Positions 47,350 to 58,333 of a stretch of DNA of 64,000 bases are shown here, piece after piece. The DNA lies in the NCBI GenBank assembly GCA_963837955.1, contig CAWIPH010000002.1, positions 4,224,001-4,288,000 on the forward strand. The letters run 5' to 3'. The notes beneath the pieces were generated by a model. It saw nothing but the letters and a program-made list of their open reading frames with translations. It ran no database searches and was not told the origin of the DNA. Position numbers and translations under genes: made by a program. The DNA comes from an uncultured Verrucomicrobiae bacterium (GTDB lineage: Bacteria; Verrucomicrobiota; Verrucomicrobiia; Chthoniobacterales; JAFAMB01). Position 1 is the first letter of the stretch; each line of letters opens with the position of its first letter.

Positions 47350-48644
47350 TAGTGTCCTTGCTCTGTGTTGCCGGCGTTCTGAGTATAAATCATTACACTC
47401 TTTAGCGCGTCGACTGCACGTTCCAGCTGCGCATCTCGCTGCTCACTCACAAGCTTCTGTTCCTCGGCGGTCAAGGGACCGTCGCGACGTCGCAAAAGAA
47501 GTGCCTTCTCTTGATCCGGCGTAAGCGAAGCTTTAATATTCGGGATAACGCCATTTTGATGGATAACTTGGCGGCTCGGCGTGTAGTACTTTGCCGTAGT
47601 CAGCCGCAAACCGGATCCGTCGGGAAGTTGAATTACGGTCTGAACGGATCCCTTGCCGAAGGTGGTGTCACCGACGACGATGGCTCGATTCAGATCTTTC
47701 AGTGCTCCAGCAACAATTTCGGCGCCACTAGCGCTTCCGGAGTTAACCAGCAGGACGATCGGAAAATTCGATACGGGCTTGGAGTTGCGATCGGTAAAAT
47801 ACTCGCGATGTTGAGAGCCTTCCCGGCCCTCGGTATAGACAACCATCGTCTTCGGAGGCAGAAAATTTGCACAAACGTCGACCGCACTATTGAGCAAGCC
47901 ACCTGGATTATTTCGGAGATCCACAACCAGAGCCTGCATGCCTTTCGCCTGGAGCTCATCCAGTCTTTGCCGCAACTCCTGGGCGGTCGGCTCGTTGAAT
48001 TGAGTGATGCGGAGATACCCTATCTTAAATTTTCCGCTGACCGCTGGATCGAGAATTTTCGAATCCTTTACGCTCGCCACCTTGATGACCTCGCGCTGCA
48101 GATTGAATTCCTTCGTTTCTTTTGATGACGGGCGATAAATCGTCAAAGTCACACGTTGTCCTGGTTCGCCCCTGAGCTGGTTGAGCGCGTCCTGCAAGCT
48201 CATCCGATCGGTCACTTTCCCGTTGATCCGCAAAATTTCATCTCCCGGCATGATTCCCGCCCGAAAACCGGGCGTGTCTTCCATCGGAGTGACCACGGTA
48301 ATAACACCATCTTTAGTGGAAACGATTATCCCCAGACCACCAAACTCGCTGCGGGTGTCATCCTGCATGTCCCGGAAGTCCGTCGGCTCCATGAATTGAC
48401 TGTGCGGATCCAAGCTATTAAGCATTCCGCGGAGGGCCGAGTAAGTAAGGTCTTTGAGGGCGACCTTATTCTCGTCCACGTAATCTTGGCGCACCAACTG
48501 AAGAGCGCGGGTAAAGACAGTTAAATTGTTGTACTCCGATTCGCTCGATTCAGCCGACGCATTACTCGTCAGGATCTTGTAACCTACTGCTAAATTGAAA
48601 CAAACCAGTAGCGTTAAAGCCACTAAACTAAACCTGCGCATCAT
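47349..48644 (-). CDS. ctpA: S41 C-terminal processing protease (PDZ)
   Basis: LDPHS, GLGI, DLRNNPGG, SASGAEI, FGKGSVQ. Confidence 0.92.
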   Translation of the reverse strand: MMRRFSLVALTLLVCFNLAVGYKILTSNASAESSESEYNNLTVFTRALQLVRQDYVDENKVALKDLTYSALRGMLNSLDPHSQFMEPTDFRDMQDDTRSEFGGLGIIVSTKDGVITVVTPMEDTPGFRAGIMPGDEILRINGKVTDRMSLQDALNQLRGEPGQRVTLTIYRPSSKETKEFNLQREVIKVASVKDSKILDPAVSGKFKIGYLRITQFNEPTAQELRQRLDELQAKGMQALVVDLRNNPGGLLNSAVDVCANFLPPKTMVVYTEGREGSQHREYFTDRNSKPVSNFPIVLLVNSGSASGAEIVAGALKDLNRAIVVGDTTFGKGSVQTVIQLPDGSGLRLTTAKYYTPSRQVIHQNGVIPNIKASLTPDQEKALLLRRRDGPLTAEEQKLVSEQRDAQLERAVDALKSVMIYTQNAGNTEQGH

Positions 48645-48723
48645 TTCGGTACCATCCTAGCACACGTCCCGGGCGACGCGAGCGGGTTCCCGACGCACCG
48701 CCGTTTACGTAAAACGAGAGCAC

Positions 48724-49146
48724 TCACTTTTTGCGATGCCGAACGAGCCGGGTTCCATTTTCGCTTACGAGCACTAATTCGTCGTTGGTCAGACTTTCAA
48801 TTTTTTCTTCGACCTTGTAGGTCTCGACCCCACCGGAATCACTTCGAAACACCTCGCCGGAAGCAAGCAGTTTTCCGTCGCGTACATCCCACATGCCAGA
48901 AAAACTCCATTTTGTCGTGCCGCCATCGGCGTGCATCACCTCGTCAGCCGAGTGCATTCCATCCCGGTGAAAGCTGTTCTCGCCATAGAAACGATAGTTG
49001 CCGCCGGTCTCATCGGTTATCCAGGTTCCAACCAACCGGTGAGTCAGCTCTTCGTCGCTCACAGTAGGGACCTTCTGGCAGGCGCAAAACAGAGCGAACC
49101 CGCCCACTATCGAGATCCATAGTCGGGTATGCTTCAACCGGGCCAT
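48724..49146 (-). CDS. hypothetical lipoprotein (lipocalin-like beta-rich)
   Basis: Signal peptide with FCAC, LVGTW, GMW; start ATG 49146. Confidence 0.65.
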   Translation of the reverse strand: MARLKHTRLWISIVGGFALFCACQKVPTVSDEELTHRLVGTWITDETGGNYRFYGENSFHRDGMHSADEVMHADGGTTKWSFSGMWDVRDGKLLASGEVFRSDSGGVETYKVEEKIESLTNDELVLVSENGTRLVRHRKK

Positions 49147-49284
49147 GAAACTCCGACCAGTCGGTTCTTTACCCCTCGGACCGTCGAGAGACTTTTTCGC
49201 TCGGGAATGATCTATCGGGTGAGAGCGAACAAGGTGTCGAACAAAAAAACGACTGCCGACCATGTTGCGCTAGACGGCGGAATG

Positions 49285-50553
49285 TCACGCCGCATCCTTG
49301 TCCTGTTTGCGGCGAATCAACGGCGCACGCTTACCTTCAACCACGGCGCGGTTAATGACGACATCGGCAACGTCTTCGCGACTTGGGACGTCGTACATCA
49401 CATCGAGCATGATTTTTTCGAACATAGAACGAAGGGCCCGGGCGCCGGTCCCTTTGGTGGCAGCTTGTTGAGCCATCGCTCGCAACGCGTCCTTAGTGAC
49501 AACCAGATTGGCACCTTCCATGGCGAGCAGTTTTATATACTGTTTGACCATCGCATTCCGAGTGTCGGTCAAAATCAGCATGAGCTCGTCTTCGGTCAGA
49601 GCGTCCAAGGCAGAGACGACCGGCAGTCGCCCGATAAACTCGGGAATCATGCCAAACGAGAGTAGATCTTCTGGTTCCGTGTACCGTAACACTTCGTGAA
49701 TCTGCACGGTGGCTGCACTTGACATTGCCGCCTGAAATCCGAGCACTCGGTTCCCCAGCCGCCGGTTGATGATGCGGTCGAGCCCCACAAAGGCGCCGCC
49801 GCAAATGAAGAGAATCTTTTCGGTATTGACCTGGATGTATTCCTGGTGCGGATGTTTGCGGCCACCTTGGGGTGGGACGTTACAACTACTGCCCTCAAGG
49901 ATCTTGAGCAGCGCCTGCTGTACGCCTTCGCCAGAGACGTCGCGCGTGATGCTCACATTGTCCGTTTTGCGGCCGATCTTATCTATTTCGTCGATATAAA
50001 CGATCCCGATCTCCGCCCGCTTCACATCGTAGTCGGCGTTCTGAAGCAACCGTAGAATAATATTCTCCACATCCTCTCCGACATAACCCGCCTCGGTCAG
50101 CGTCGTGGCATCGGCAATGCAGAATGGCACATCGAGAATCCGAGCCAGCGTGCGGGCCAGTAACGTTTTACCGCAGCCGGTTGGTCCGATGAGGAGAATG
50201 TTGCTTTTTTCGATCTCGACGTCGGCGTAGGGGTCGAGCGCCAGATCCTTCCCGCCGCCGGTATTTAAAATACGCTTGTAGTGGTTATGCACCGCTACCG
50301 AAAGCACCTTCTTGGCACTGTCCTGACCGATGACGTATTGATCCAGCTGTCGTCGAATTTCCGCCGGCTTCGGTACCCGCAACGTTGTCGTCTGCCGCCG
50401 GGCGTCCTCATTCAATTCTTTATCGAGGATGCCTTTGCAGACGTTGATGCAATTGTCGCAGATATAAACCCCGGGACCGGCAATCAGCTTGCGAACTTCC
50501 GCGTGGCTTTTGCCACAGAAAGAACACATGGTGAGATTGGAGGCCCGAGCCAT
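49285..50553 (-). CDS. clpX: ATP-dependent Clp protease ATPase subunit
   Basis: CSFCGK zinc finger, [23 protein letters not shown]. Confidence 0.97.
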   Translation of the reverse strand: MARASNLTMCSFCGKSHAEVRKLIAGPGVYICDNCINVCKGILDKELNEDARRQTTTLRVPKPAEIRRQLDQYVIGQDSAKKVLSVAVHNHYKRILNTGGGKDLALDPYADVEIEKSNILLIGPTGCGKTLLARTLARILDVPFCIADATTLTEAGYVGEDVENIILRLLQNADYDVKRAEIGIVYIDEIDKIGRKTDNVSITRDVSGEGVQQALLKILEGSSCNVPPQGGRKHPHQEYIQVNTEKILFICGGAFVGLDRIINRRLGNRVLGFQAAMSSAATVQIHEVLRYTEPEDLLSFGMIPEFIGRLPVVSALDALTEDELMLILTDTRNAMVKQYIKLLAMEGANLVVTKDALRAMAQQAATKGTGARALRSMFEKIMLDVMYDVPSREDVADVVINRAVVEGKRAPLIRRKQDKDAA

Positions 50554-50582
50554 CTTAAGCCAGCAACAAAGTTTCGCGAACG

Positions 50583-51248
50583 CTAGGAAGATACCACACT
50601 TGCACTAGTCTGTGGAAGTAGATCTGCCCTAATATCTTTGCGGGACTTCACCACCTCGTCGACCAACCCGTACGCTTTGGCCTCATCGGCCGACATCCAA
50701 TAATCGCGATCCGAATCAATTTGTACTTGTTCGTCTGACTTCCCGGTATGGGCCGAGAGAATGTGGATCAGCCGCCGCTTAATCTTAAACATCCATTCAA
50801 CCGTTCGTTCCACATCGCTCGCAGTACCCTGGGCTCCGCCCGAAACTTGGTGAATCATGATGTCAGAATTCGGCAGCGCGTATCGTTTTCCCTGGGTACC
50901 CGCCGCTAGTAGAACAGCTCCCATGCTGGCCGCGATACCCATGCAATAAGTCGCAACATCACACGTCACGAACTGCATCGTGTCGTAGATGGCAAGACCG
51001 GCAGTCACGGAGCCACCCGGGGAATTGATGTAAAGATTGATATCGCGCTTGGGATCCTGCATCTGCAGAAACAGCAGCTGAGCCACAACGCTGTTCGCCA
51101 CGAAATCATCGATAGGAGTACCGATGAAAACGATGCGATCTTTGAGCAATCGACTATAGATATCGTACCCTCTTTCCTGATTCCCATCCCGTTCGATGAC
51201 CGTTGGAGGGTAGTAGTTGCTTTGTGGAGTAATAACGCTTCTGGACAT
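50583..51248 (-). CDS. clpP: Clp protease proteolytic subunit
   Basis: DIYSRLL, NSPGG, AASMG, IHQ, DRD. Confidence 0.97.
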   Translation of the reverse strand: MSRSVITPQSNYYPPTVIERDGNQERGYDIYSRLLKDRIVFIGTPIDDFVANSVVAQLLFLQMQDPKRDINLYINSPGGSVTAGLAIYDTMQFVTCDVATYCMGIAASMGAVLLAAGTQGKRYALPNSDIMIHQVSGGAQGTASDVERTVEWMFKIKRRLIHILSAHTGKSDEQVQIDSDRDYWMSADEAKAYGLVDEVVKSRKDIRADLLPQTSASVVSS

Positions 51249-51274
51249 TCGGTTGGGTCTTCTAAAGCAGCTTT

Positions 51275-52594
51275 TCAGGAGGTTTCCGCGCTGTGGTCGA
51301 CGGTAGCATTCGAGGTCAGGAAATCAAGGACCTTACCGATCTGGATCTCTTCGTAGATCTGCGGAATAGCCCCTTTCCGATCGAGTTCAGCCATCGTTTT
51401 GTCGAAGGTCATGCGATACTGCGTGGCAAGTTCTCCTACCCGGCGTTTTACGTCATTCGCCGTCACCTCGATCTTTTCTTTTTCCCCGATTCGGGTCAGA
51501 ATAAAACTGGCCTTAAGCCGGTCTTTAGCGCTGCGCGACGCCGTGTCAACGATCTCCTTCCCACTCTCCCGCAATAGCTCCTCGCTGACGCCCCTTTGCT
51601 GGTTGTGCTCAACGATCTCGGACATTATACGCCGCGTTTCGTCTCTCACGTAGCTCTGCGGCAATTCGCACTCTACGTTCTTTACCAGATAATCGATTAT
51701 TTGGGTGCGTTTCTGCGCATTTGCTTCTCGAACCCGTTCTTCCTGCATTCTCGACCGCACCAGATCACGCAATTTTTCGACCGTGAGACCTTCGGCCACT
51801 TGAGCGGCAAACTCATCGGTCAACTCTGGCAGATCCATTTTCTTCAGGGCCTTCAAATTAACCCGAAAATGAACGACTTTGCCGGCCAAACTTTCGGTCG
51901 GGAAGTTGTCGGGAACAGGCACGTCAAATTCCCGAGTCTCGCCGACCTGCATTCCGACCAATGATGGCGCGAATCCTGGCAATAAGATGTCATCCTCTGC
52001 TCGGATCCAAAAATCATCATTGCCATTCAAGATCTTAGGCGCATCGGGAAACGCTTCCGACAGCGGCTGGCCCTCCACTGACGTGGCAAAATCGATAACG
52101 GCGAAGCTACCCATATCCAGCGGCTGTCCCTCGAGTTCGCTAAACGTTGCGTGGCGCTCGCGGAGCCGGTTCAAGGAAGCCTCTACCTCTTCCTCGGTGG
52201 CTTCGCTCGTCGGTGCCTTGACCGGGATACCCTTGTATTCCGGCAGCTCGAACTCCGGAGTAGTTATGAGGGTCGCAGTAAAACGCATGCTGCGCTCCGG
52301 CGTAAACTCGACGTCGTCGACATTAGATACGGACAGCACTTTTAGTCCTTTTTCTCGGATCGCCTCTCTGGTCGTCTCTTGAACGAGCTTACGAGTAAGC
52401 TCTTCCTGGATTTCCTTGCGGTACTTGGCCTCGACGACATTTTGGGGAGCTTTGCCCGGTCGAAATCCGGGGATGCGCGCGGCTTGGCGAAAACCTTTTA
52501 CGACTTCGTTCCACTCCTGCTTGACCCGCTCTGGCGGGAGTTCCACATGCATGGAGGCTAGGCAATTCGGCAATTGTTCTACGTCTACGTTCAT
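51275..52594 (-). CDS. tig: trigger factor
   Basis: [10 protein letters not shown]; tig-clpP-clpX order. Confidence 0.95.
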   Translation of the reverse strand: MNVDVEQLPNCLASMHVELPPERVKQEWNEVVKGFRQAARIPGFRPGKAPQNVVEAKYRKEIQEELTRKLVQETTREAIREKGLKVLSVSNVDDVEFTPERSMRFTATLITTPEFELPEYKGIPVKAPTSEATEEEVEASLNRLRERHATFSELEGQPLDMGSFAVIDFATSVEGQPLSEAFPDAPKILNGNDDFWIRAEDDILLPGFAPSLVGMQVGETREFDVPVPDNFPTESLAGKVVHFRVNLKALKKMDLPELTDEFAAQVAEGLTVEKLRDLVRSRMQEERVREANAQKRTQIIDYLVKNVECELPQSYVRDETRRIMSEIVEHNQQRGVSEELLRESGKEIVDTASRSAKDRLKASFILTRIGEKEKIEVTANDVKRRVGELATQYRMTFDKTMAELDRKGAIPQIYEEIQIGKVLDFLTSNATVDHSAETS

Positions 52595-52677
52595 GAAATC
52601 TGAAGAAATCAGACGCTAATACTGATCCGCGCGACCAGCAAGTCGCCTGTGGATACCCTGACTGGTAGGGACTCCCC

Positions 52678-53949
52678 TTACATCTCGTTTTCCGACAGCC
52701 AATGTTGGACCTTGTCCTCTTTCACCGAGCCTACAACCGCGATCCCCAGACGCTCCGGGCAAAAACAGAGACGGGCCACGGATTGAACCGCCTCCGGCGT
52801 TACGCTCTTTACCTTGGTTTGTACCTCTTCCGGATCGATCACGTAATCGTAGGCAATGAGCGATTCGCCCATCCACATGATCTGATTAGTCGTACTCTCC
52901 AGGCTGAGCTCATTCTGCCCCAACGTGTACTGTTGCGCTTGCCGAAGTTCCTTTTTAGTCGGCGGCCGCTCCTTAAACTTTTCCAACTCGCGATTAATGG
53001 CGCGCAACGCTCGTCGGAACTTTGTTGATTCAAGTCCTACACAAATACTCACTAATCCAGAGTCCTCGAGCACCAAAGTGCCGCTATTGATCGAGTAACA
53101 AAAAGCATAGCGTTCCCGGAGTTGCTGAAATAACCGCGAGCTCATGTTTTCGCCAAGGATCACGCTCAGCAATTTGAGCGCGTGCCGTCGATTATCAGTA
53201 CGGCTGATCGCGTGATAGCCAAGCGCCAGGTGCGTCTGCTCGGTATCTTCCGTGGCCACAATGAGGCGTTTATTTCTTTGCGAGCCGTTCCATGGCTCAA
53301 ACTCCGGGGCTTTCCCGGCCGGGAGATCTTCAAATCCACTGGCAAAGATTTGGACCACCTCATCGTGGTTGCAGCGTCCCGCTACGGTGACGACCGTACT
53401 ACGCCCATTGTAATTACGCCCTACGTATTCAAGCAATTCTGGGCGCCCGATTCGTCCGATCGACTCCATCGAACCGGTTAACGGCCGACCCAAAGCGTGA
53501 GATGGCCAGATCGCCTCGCTCAACAGTTCCTGAGAAAATTGGGCTGGTTGGTCCCGGTACATCAAGATTTCTTCCCGGATAACATCTCGTTCGCGCTCAA
53601 TCTCGTTCTCCGCAAATACGGAGTTTCGGAACATATCGATCAAAATTTCTGCCAAAACCGGCAGGTGGGGGGCAGCCGCTTTAGCGTAAAAGCAAGTGTG
53701 ATCCTCGGTAGTAAACGCGTTGATGAACCCGCCTAACCCTTCGACCGCCTCCGTAAGGTTACGAGCAGTCCTGGTCTCAGTGCCCTTGAACAAAAGGTGC
53801 TCCAAGAAATGCGAGATCCCGCACAGCTCCTCGGGTTCGTGCCGGCCTCCGACGCCAACCCAAACGCCAACGCTCACGCTCTTCATTTGGGGCATCTCGC
53901 ACGTAGCAATACGCACCCCGTTTTTTAGCCTACTGGTTCGATAAAACAT
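52678..53949 (-). CDS. M16 family zinc peptidase
   Basis: HFLEH (HxxEH), NAFT, SSRLFQQLRE. Confidence 0.92.
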   Translation of the reverse strand: MFYRTSRLKNGVRIATCEMPQMKSVSVGVWVGVGGRHEPEELCGISHFLEHLLFKGTETRTARNLTEAVEGLGGFINAFTTEDHTCFYAKAAAPHLPVLAEILIDMFRNSVFAENEIERERDVIREEILMYRDQPAQFSQELLSEAIWPSHALGRPLTGSMESIGRIGRPELLEYVGRNYNGRSTVVTVAGRCNHDEVVQIFASGFEDLPAGKAPEFEPWNGSQRNKRLIVATEDTEQTHLALGYHAISRTDNRRHALKLLSVILGENMSSRLFQQLRERYAFCYSINSGTLVLEDSGLVSICVGLESTKFRRALRAINRELEKFKERPPTKKELRQAQQYTLGQNELSLESTTNQIMWMGESLIAYDYVIDPEEVQTKVKSVTPEAVQSVARLCFCPERLGIAVVGSVKEDKVQHWLSENEM

Positions 53950-53956
53950 CAGTCGA

Positions 53957-54682
53957 TTACTGAGCGATAGGACCTAAAACAGTCACATCTTTCTTCGCTC
54001 TTTCACTAGACTCTAAGTTGAACAAGATTTGCGCCAAATCTAGATCTCTCGGGTAAGTTATCTTTAGGTTCCATTCCGGATTCGTCAACAACCTCACTGG
54101 AAATCCGGCTTTTTGCACCGCCGAAACCTCGTCGGTAACCGCTATATCGCTTGCCAACACTGCCTCATAGGCCTTCACCAGCCATTCGCGACGAAAGACT
54201 TGGGGGGTCTGCATCGTCCACAAGCCAACCCTTTCAACGCTGTCGATCACTCGCTGCTCTTCGTTCGCCCGCTTTATTGTTTCGACGATCGGAGCAGCCA
54301 GCGAAACGGCGCCGTGTTCGCGAGCCTCCTGAACGGCCAAAGAAATTAACTCCGAAGTAATGAGGGGCCGGGCGCCATCATGAACGGCGACGAACTCCGC
54401 TTTCGGATTAATCGCTTGTAGACCAGCATAAACCGAGAGATGACGCTGCGCGCCGCCAGCCACAACTCGACTGACCTTGTTGATACCATGATCCGCAGCC
54501 AATGAACCGAATTGCTTCAAGCGATCGGAATGGGCAACCAAAACAATTTCTTCGACATCCGAGCAATTTTCGAATCGTTGGAGCGTACGAATAAACACAG
54601 GGCAGCCTGCCAACGAAGCTGTCAGTTTATCAAATCCCATCCGCTGGCTAGTCCCGGCGGCAACGACAATCGCAGATGTCAT
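53957..54682 (-). CDS. ispD: 2-C-methyl-D-erythritol 4-phosphate cytidylyltransferase
   Basis: AAGTSQRM, HDGARP, QTPQVF, KITYP. Confidence 0.93.
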   Translation of the reverse strand: MTSAIVVAAGTSQRMGFDKLTASLAGCPVFIRTLQRFENCSDVEEIVLVAHSDRLKQFGSLAADHGINKVSRVVAGGAQRHLSVYAGLQAINPKAEFVAVHDGARPLITSELISLAVQEAREHGAVSLAAPIVETIKRANEEQRVIDSVERVGLWTMQTPQVFRREWLVKAYEAVLASDIAVTDEVSAVQKAGFPVRLLTNPEWNLKITYPRDLDLAQILFNLESSERAKKDVTVLGPIAQ

Positions 54683-54764
54683 GACAATACCAGCCTCCCT
54701 GGGCTTCAGAGAGCGCCGGATCGAAACCGGGTATTCATGGATCATTTCGCAAAAATAACAAGAA

Positions 54765-55217
54765 TTAACTTAATGCTTTTTGGACCGCCTCGCTTAACGT
54801 TTTGCCGTCCGCCCGACCCGCTGCTTTTTCGTTCGCAATTTTCATGACCTGACCCATTTGCGCCTTCGAAGTTGCTCCGGATTCGGCAATCGCCGCCTGC
54901 ACGATGTTGGCAATCTCTTCGGACGTCAGTGGCTGCGGTAAATAATCAGCCAAAATTTTCATCTCCCTCCGCTCCTTCTCGGCTAACTCGGGTCTCCCTC
55001 CCTTTTCAAACCCCGCAACGGAGTCTTGCCGCTGTTTCATTTGCTTGCGGAGCACCGCAATCGTGTCAGAATCCGCCAACTTACCTCCGGCGCCATGTTT
55101 CTCAATGGCAGCATTCATTATTGCCGATTTAACCATACGGAGTACGGACAGCCGCTCAGCTTCTTTAGCCCGCATAGCCTCTTTTAGATCAGAATCGATC
55201 TTTTCTTGGATCGTCAT
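54765..55217 (-). CDS. GatB/YqeY domain protein
   Basis: DLKEAMRAK, KQRQDS, YLPQPL, GRADG. Confidence 0.92.
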   Translation of the reverse strand: MTIQEKIDSDLKEAMRAKEAERLSVLRMVKSAIMNAAIEKHGAGGKLADSDTIAVLRKQMKQRQDSVAGFEKGGRPELAEKERREMKILADYLPQPLTSEEIANIVQAAIAESGATSKAQMGQVMKIANEKAAGRADGKTLSEAVQKALS

Positions 55218-55416
55218 GGAGCGAACCTAGACAACGAGTGCTTTACTGCAAGATCCAGCCCAAAGCGCGGCTCATGTTTCCTATGCCTTCAGCCCCCCAA
55301 CGGCTGGCTGCCGAGATTCGCCAATGACGGCAGAACCGTGACACGCCGGCGTCCCCTGATTGTGACAATTATAGGAATCTTCTGGCTCATTCGGCCGAAT
55401 ATAGCAAAATAGAGCA

Positions 55417-56331
55417 ATGCGTTTGCCGAGCCGTTTAATAACGCTTCTGCTGCTTTCGACGGCGTTGAGCGGAATCGCCTGGAGCCTCCCTTTTTCCACA
55501 GTCTTCCGAGGCCAATCGAAATTCAATGCACTGGTTGCACAGGCTGAACAACAAAACTGGCGAGCGCTTCCTCTCGGCGACCGGATAATCGCTGTGGCAA
55601 AGACTTTCTTAGGCACGCGTTACGTGAATTACACCTTGGAAATCGACGATCATGTCGAGGCACCTTCCGTGAATATGGATGGGTTGGATTGTTGGACCTT
55701 TTTCGAAATCTCGGTCGGTTTTGCCCGGATGCTGGAAATGAAAGGCAGCAACTATACCCCGAGTGATCTGCTCGCAATGATCGAGTTGGATCGTTACCGG
55801 GGAGGTCGCTGTAACGGCAGTTATACCTCCCGCCTCCATTTTCTGGAAGACTGGATTTACGACAATGAGCGACGTGGTTTAGTCAAGAATCTGACAGTCT
55901 CCCTGGGCGGCGTGCCGATGCGTGGGCGCTACCTCAACGAAATGAGCCACCACTGGCGTGAATCTCGATATATGCGCCACAATCTGGAGTTGGTACCGCA
56001 GATCGCGGCGATTGAGCAGCGTGTTGCGTCTCGCAACGTCTATCACATCCCGCGCGAACAGGTGTCGGGCATCGATTCAAAGATTCGCAACGGAGACGTT
56101 ATCTGCATTACCGGCCGAGGGCCCGAGGGTTTTACCGAGCATGTAGGTCTGGCTTATCGTGACCAAGCTGGAGTTCTCCGCTTCCTGCATGCCTCCAAAG
56201 ACGAACGGCAAGTGGTTATCGATGTTCCTCTCCGCCAATATGTCTACCGCTATCACAAATTTGCCGGCATTATGGTCGTGCGACCTTTGGACGTATCCTC
56301 TGCCGGTTTGTCGCGCGTAGCGGAGAACTAG
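55417..56331 (+). CDS. DUF1460 / NlpC-P60-like peptidoglycan amidase, secreted
   Basis: Signal peptide, LDCWTF (Cys), RYRGG, SRLHF, HVG (His), HAS. Confidence 0.85.
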   Translation: MRLPSRLITLLLLSTALSGIAWSLPFSTVFRGQSKFNALVAQAEQQNWRALPLGDRIIAVAKTFLGTRYVNYTLEIDDHVEAPSVNMDGLDCWTFFEISVGFARMLEMKGSNYTPSDLLAMIELDRYRGGRCNGSYTSRLHFLEDWIYDNERRGLVKNLTVSLGGVPMRGRYLNEMSHHWRESRYMRHNLELVPQIAAIEQRVASRNVYHIPREQVSGIDSKIRNGDVICITGRGPEGFTEHVGLAYRDQAGVLRFLHASKDERQVVIDVPLRQYVYRYHKFAGIMVVRPLDVSSAGLSRVAEN

Positions 56332-56710
56332 GGAGTAGCCTGATGCTCCAGCCTCAGGGATCCAACCGTCCGCAAGCCTGAAAAAGTCAGACAGTTGAAC
56401 TCTTAGACGCATTGCGTCCTCGGTTCCTGAGCCGGGAGGATCAGGCTACGACGTGTCCTCTGCCGGTTTGTCGCGCGTAGCGGAGAGTAGCCTGATGCTC
56501 CAGCCTCAGGGACCCAACCGTCCGCAAGCCTGAAAAAAGTCACACAGTTGAACTCTTAGACGCATTGCGTCCTCGGTTCCTGAGCCGGAGGATCAGGCTA
56601 CGACGTGTCCTCTGCCGGTTTGTCGCGCGTAGCGGAGAACTAGGGAGTAGCCTGATGCTCCAGCCTTCGTCCCCCCACCCACAACTACGGCGGACAAGCC
56701 AGCCTCAGGG
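56290..56710. repeat. tandem 152-160 bp repeat (about 2.4 copies) built on GTAG-REP doublets (BIME-like)
   Basis: Units start at 56290, 56450 and 56602; each complete unit has GTAGCCTGATGCTCCAGCCTCAGG and inverted CCTGAGCCGG(G)AGGATCAGGCTAC. Confidence 0.9.
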
Positions 56711-56849
56711 CTGCAGCGATGGTGAGAAATGATCGGTGAATGGTGAATGCCTATCGGCAAATCCTCGGAGAAATCTCCCACCGCCCTCTCACTAATCTAG
56801 TCACCAATCACTGACATGCTTCCTGAGCCGACTATTTTGCCAGCGTAAA

Positions 56850-56867
56850 TATGTTCGCTTGAACATA
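56850..56867. promoter_or_regulatory. verrucomicrobial LexA (SOS) box TGTTC-N4-GAACA
   Basis: TATGTTCGCTTGAACATA palindrome 25 nt upstream of the radical SAM gene. Confidence 0.8.
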
Positions 56868-56892
56868 TAGCATTCTAGGCCGATCATCATTC

Positions 56893-57972
56893 ATGAGCTT
56901 CGGTGTCGACCCTTCCGGAAACCGGCCTGGGCCTCGTGGTCGCGGGGCGACGATAAATCCGGCCGATCGATTCACTGCTTTGCGCTACGAGCAGGACGAA
57001 TTCAGCGCTGCCGAAGATGCGCGTCCGCTCCCGACGGAATTTTTTCGCGACGACTCCCAATCAATCATATCGCGGAACAACAGCCCTGATGTCGGGTTTG
57101 AGACGAGCTTGAATCCATACCGCGGCTGCGAGCATGGGTGCGCTTACTGTTACGCCAGACCCACCCACGAATACCTGGGATTTTCGGCCGGCCTGGATTT
57201 CGAATCTAAGATCCTCGTAAAACTGAATGCCGGATCATTGCTTCGCGCCGAGCTGAGCAAGCTGAGTTGGAAACCGCAAGTTCTGGTTATGAGCGGTGTG
57301 ACCGACTGTTATCAACCGATTGAGCGCAAACTAAAATTAACGCGCTCGTGCCTAGAGGTACTAGCGGAGTTTCGTAATCCAGCCGCGATCGTAACCAAAA
57401 ATTTTCTCGTAACCCGCGACCTCGACCTCCTCCAAAGCCTGGCCAAATACGATGCGGCGATTGTTACCATATCCATTACTACGCTAGACGCGGATCTCGC
57501 CACAAAATTGGAGCCACGAGCTTCGACTCCCCGAGCGCGGCTGGCTGCGGTCCGCGAACTCGCGGGCGCCGGTATCCCGGTTGGCGTGAACGTGGCGCCG
57601 ATCATTCCAGGATTAACCGATCACGAGATTCCCCACATTATTCAGGCTGCAGCCGAGGCAGGGGCTCGCTGCGCACACTACACGATCGTGCGACTACCTC
57701 TGGCAGTCTCTCAAATCTTCCCTGCGTGGCTGAGATCGCATTTCCCCGATCGAGCAGAGACGGTTCTTGGCCGGATTCGCTCGATGCGCGATGGAAAGCT
57801 AAATTCTTCTGAATTCGGCCGACGAATGCGTGGGGAGGGTTTGCTCGCGGAACAGATTCGACAACTGTTTCAGGTCGTATGCCGTCGGTTTGGTCTTAAT
57901 GAACGAGATTTTCAGCTGAGTTGTGACTCGTTCCAACGCGTCGAGAAAAATCAGCTATCGCTGGGATTGTAG
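56893..57972 (+). CDS. PA0069/SplB-like DNA-repair radical SAM protein
   Basis: NPYRGCEHGCAYCYAR (CxxxCxxC), TDCYQPIE. Confidence 0.9.
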   Translation: MSFGVDPSGNRPGPRGRGATINPADRFTALRYEQDEFSAAEDARPLPTEFFRDDSQSIISRNNSPDVGFETSLNPYRGCEHGCAYCYARPTHEYLGFSAGLDFESKILVKLNAGSLLRAELSKLSWKPQVLVMSGVTDCYQPIERKLKLTRSCLEVLAEFRNPAAIVTKNFLVTRDLDLLQSLAKYDAAIVTISITTLDADLATKLEPRASTPRARLAAVRELAGAGIPVGVNVAPIIPGLTDHEIPHIIQAAAEAGARCAHYTIVRLPLAVSQIFPAWLRSHFPDRAETVLGRIRSMRDGKLNSSEFGRRMRGEGLLAEQIRQLFQVVCRRFGLNERDFQLSCDSFQRVEKNQLSLGL

Positions 57973-57982
57973 GTCACCGTTC

Positions 57983-58251
57983 GGTAGGGCGAAAACCTGA
58001 TCCGGCAGGCGCCGGATCGGTTTGAGCCGTTTCCGGTCTACTACCTAGCGATGTTTGCATTATCCATCTGAGAGCTCGACCAGCCGCCGTTAGTCACAAG
58101 AAAAACGCAACAAAAGGTCGCACGCGCGCCTCAAACCCAGCGCGAGTCACATCATATCGCAACATTTCTGCGCGCCCTTAGCCCTGAGGATATGGGCATC
58201 CAAACGAGTGGCCGCGACGAAGGCTTTGCGGAGTCGGGTTTTCGCCCTACC
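57983..58251. repeat. 269 bp element with 15 bp perfect terminal inverted repeats (GTAG-REP/MITE-like)
   Basis: GGTAGGGCGAAAACC at 57983 and GGTTTTCGCCCTACC at 58237. Confidence 0.7.
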
Positions 58252-58333
58252 AGCCTGGTGCAGCTATATCCGATTTGGCCGAACTCGACCTCTTGACTAG
58301 AAACAGTTTTTCCCGTTTTCTGCGGCTCCACCG

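Noticed and set aside
52595..52677. tRNA upstream of tig
   Set aside because: Only small hairpins; no cloverleaf or T-loop consensus
56290..56710. Possible CRISPR array
   Set aside because: The whole 152-160 bp unit repeats, there are no unique spacers and no cas genes are present
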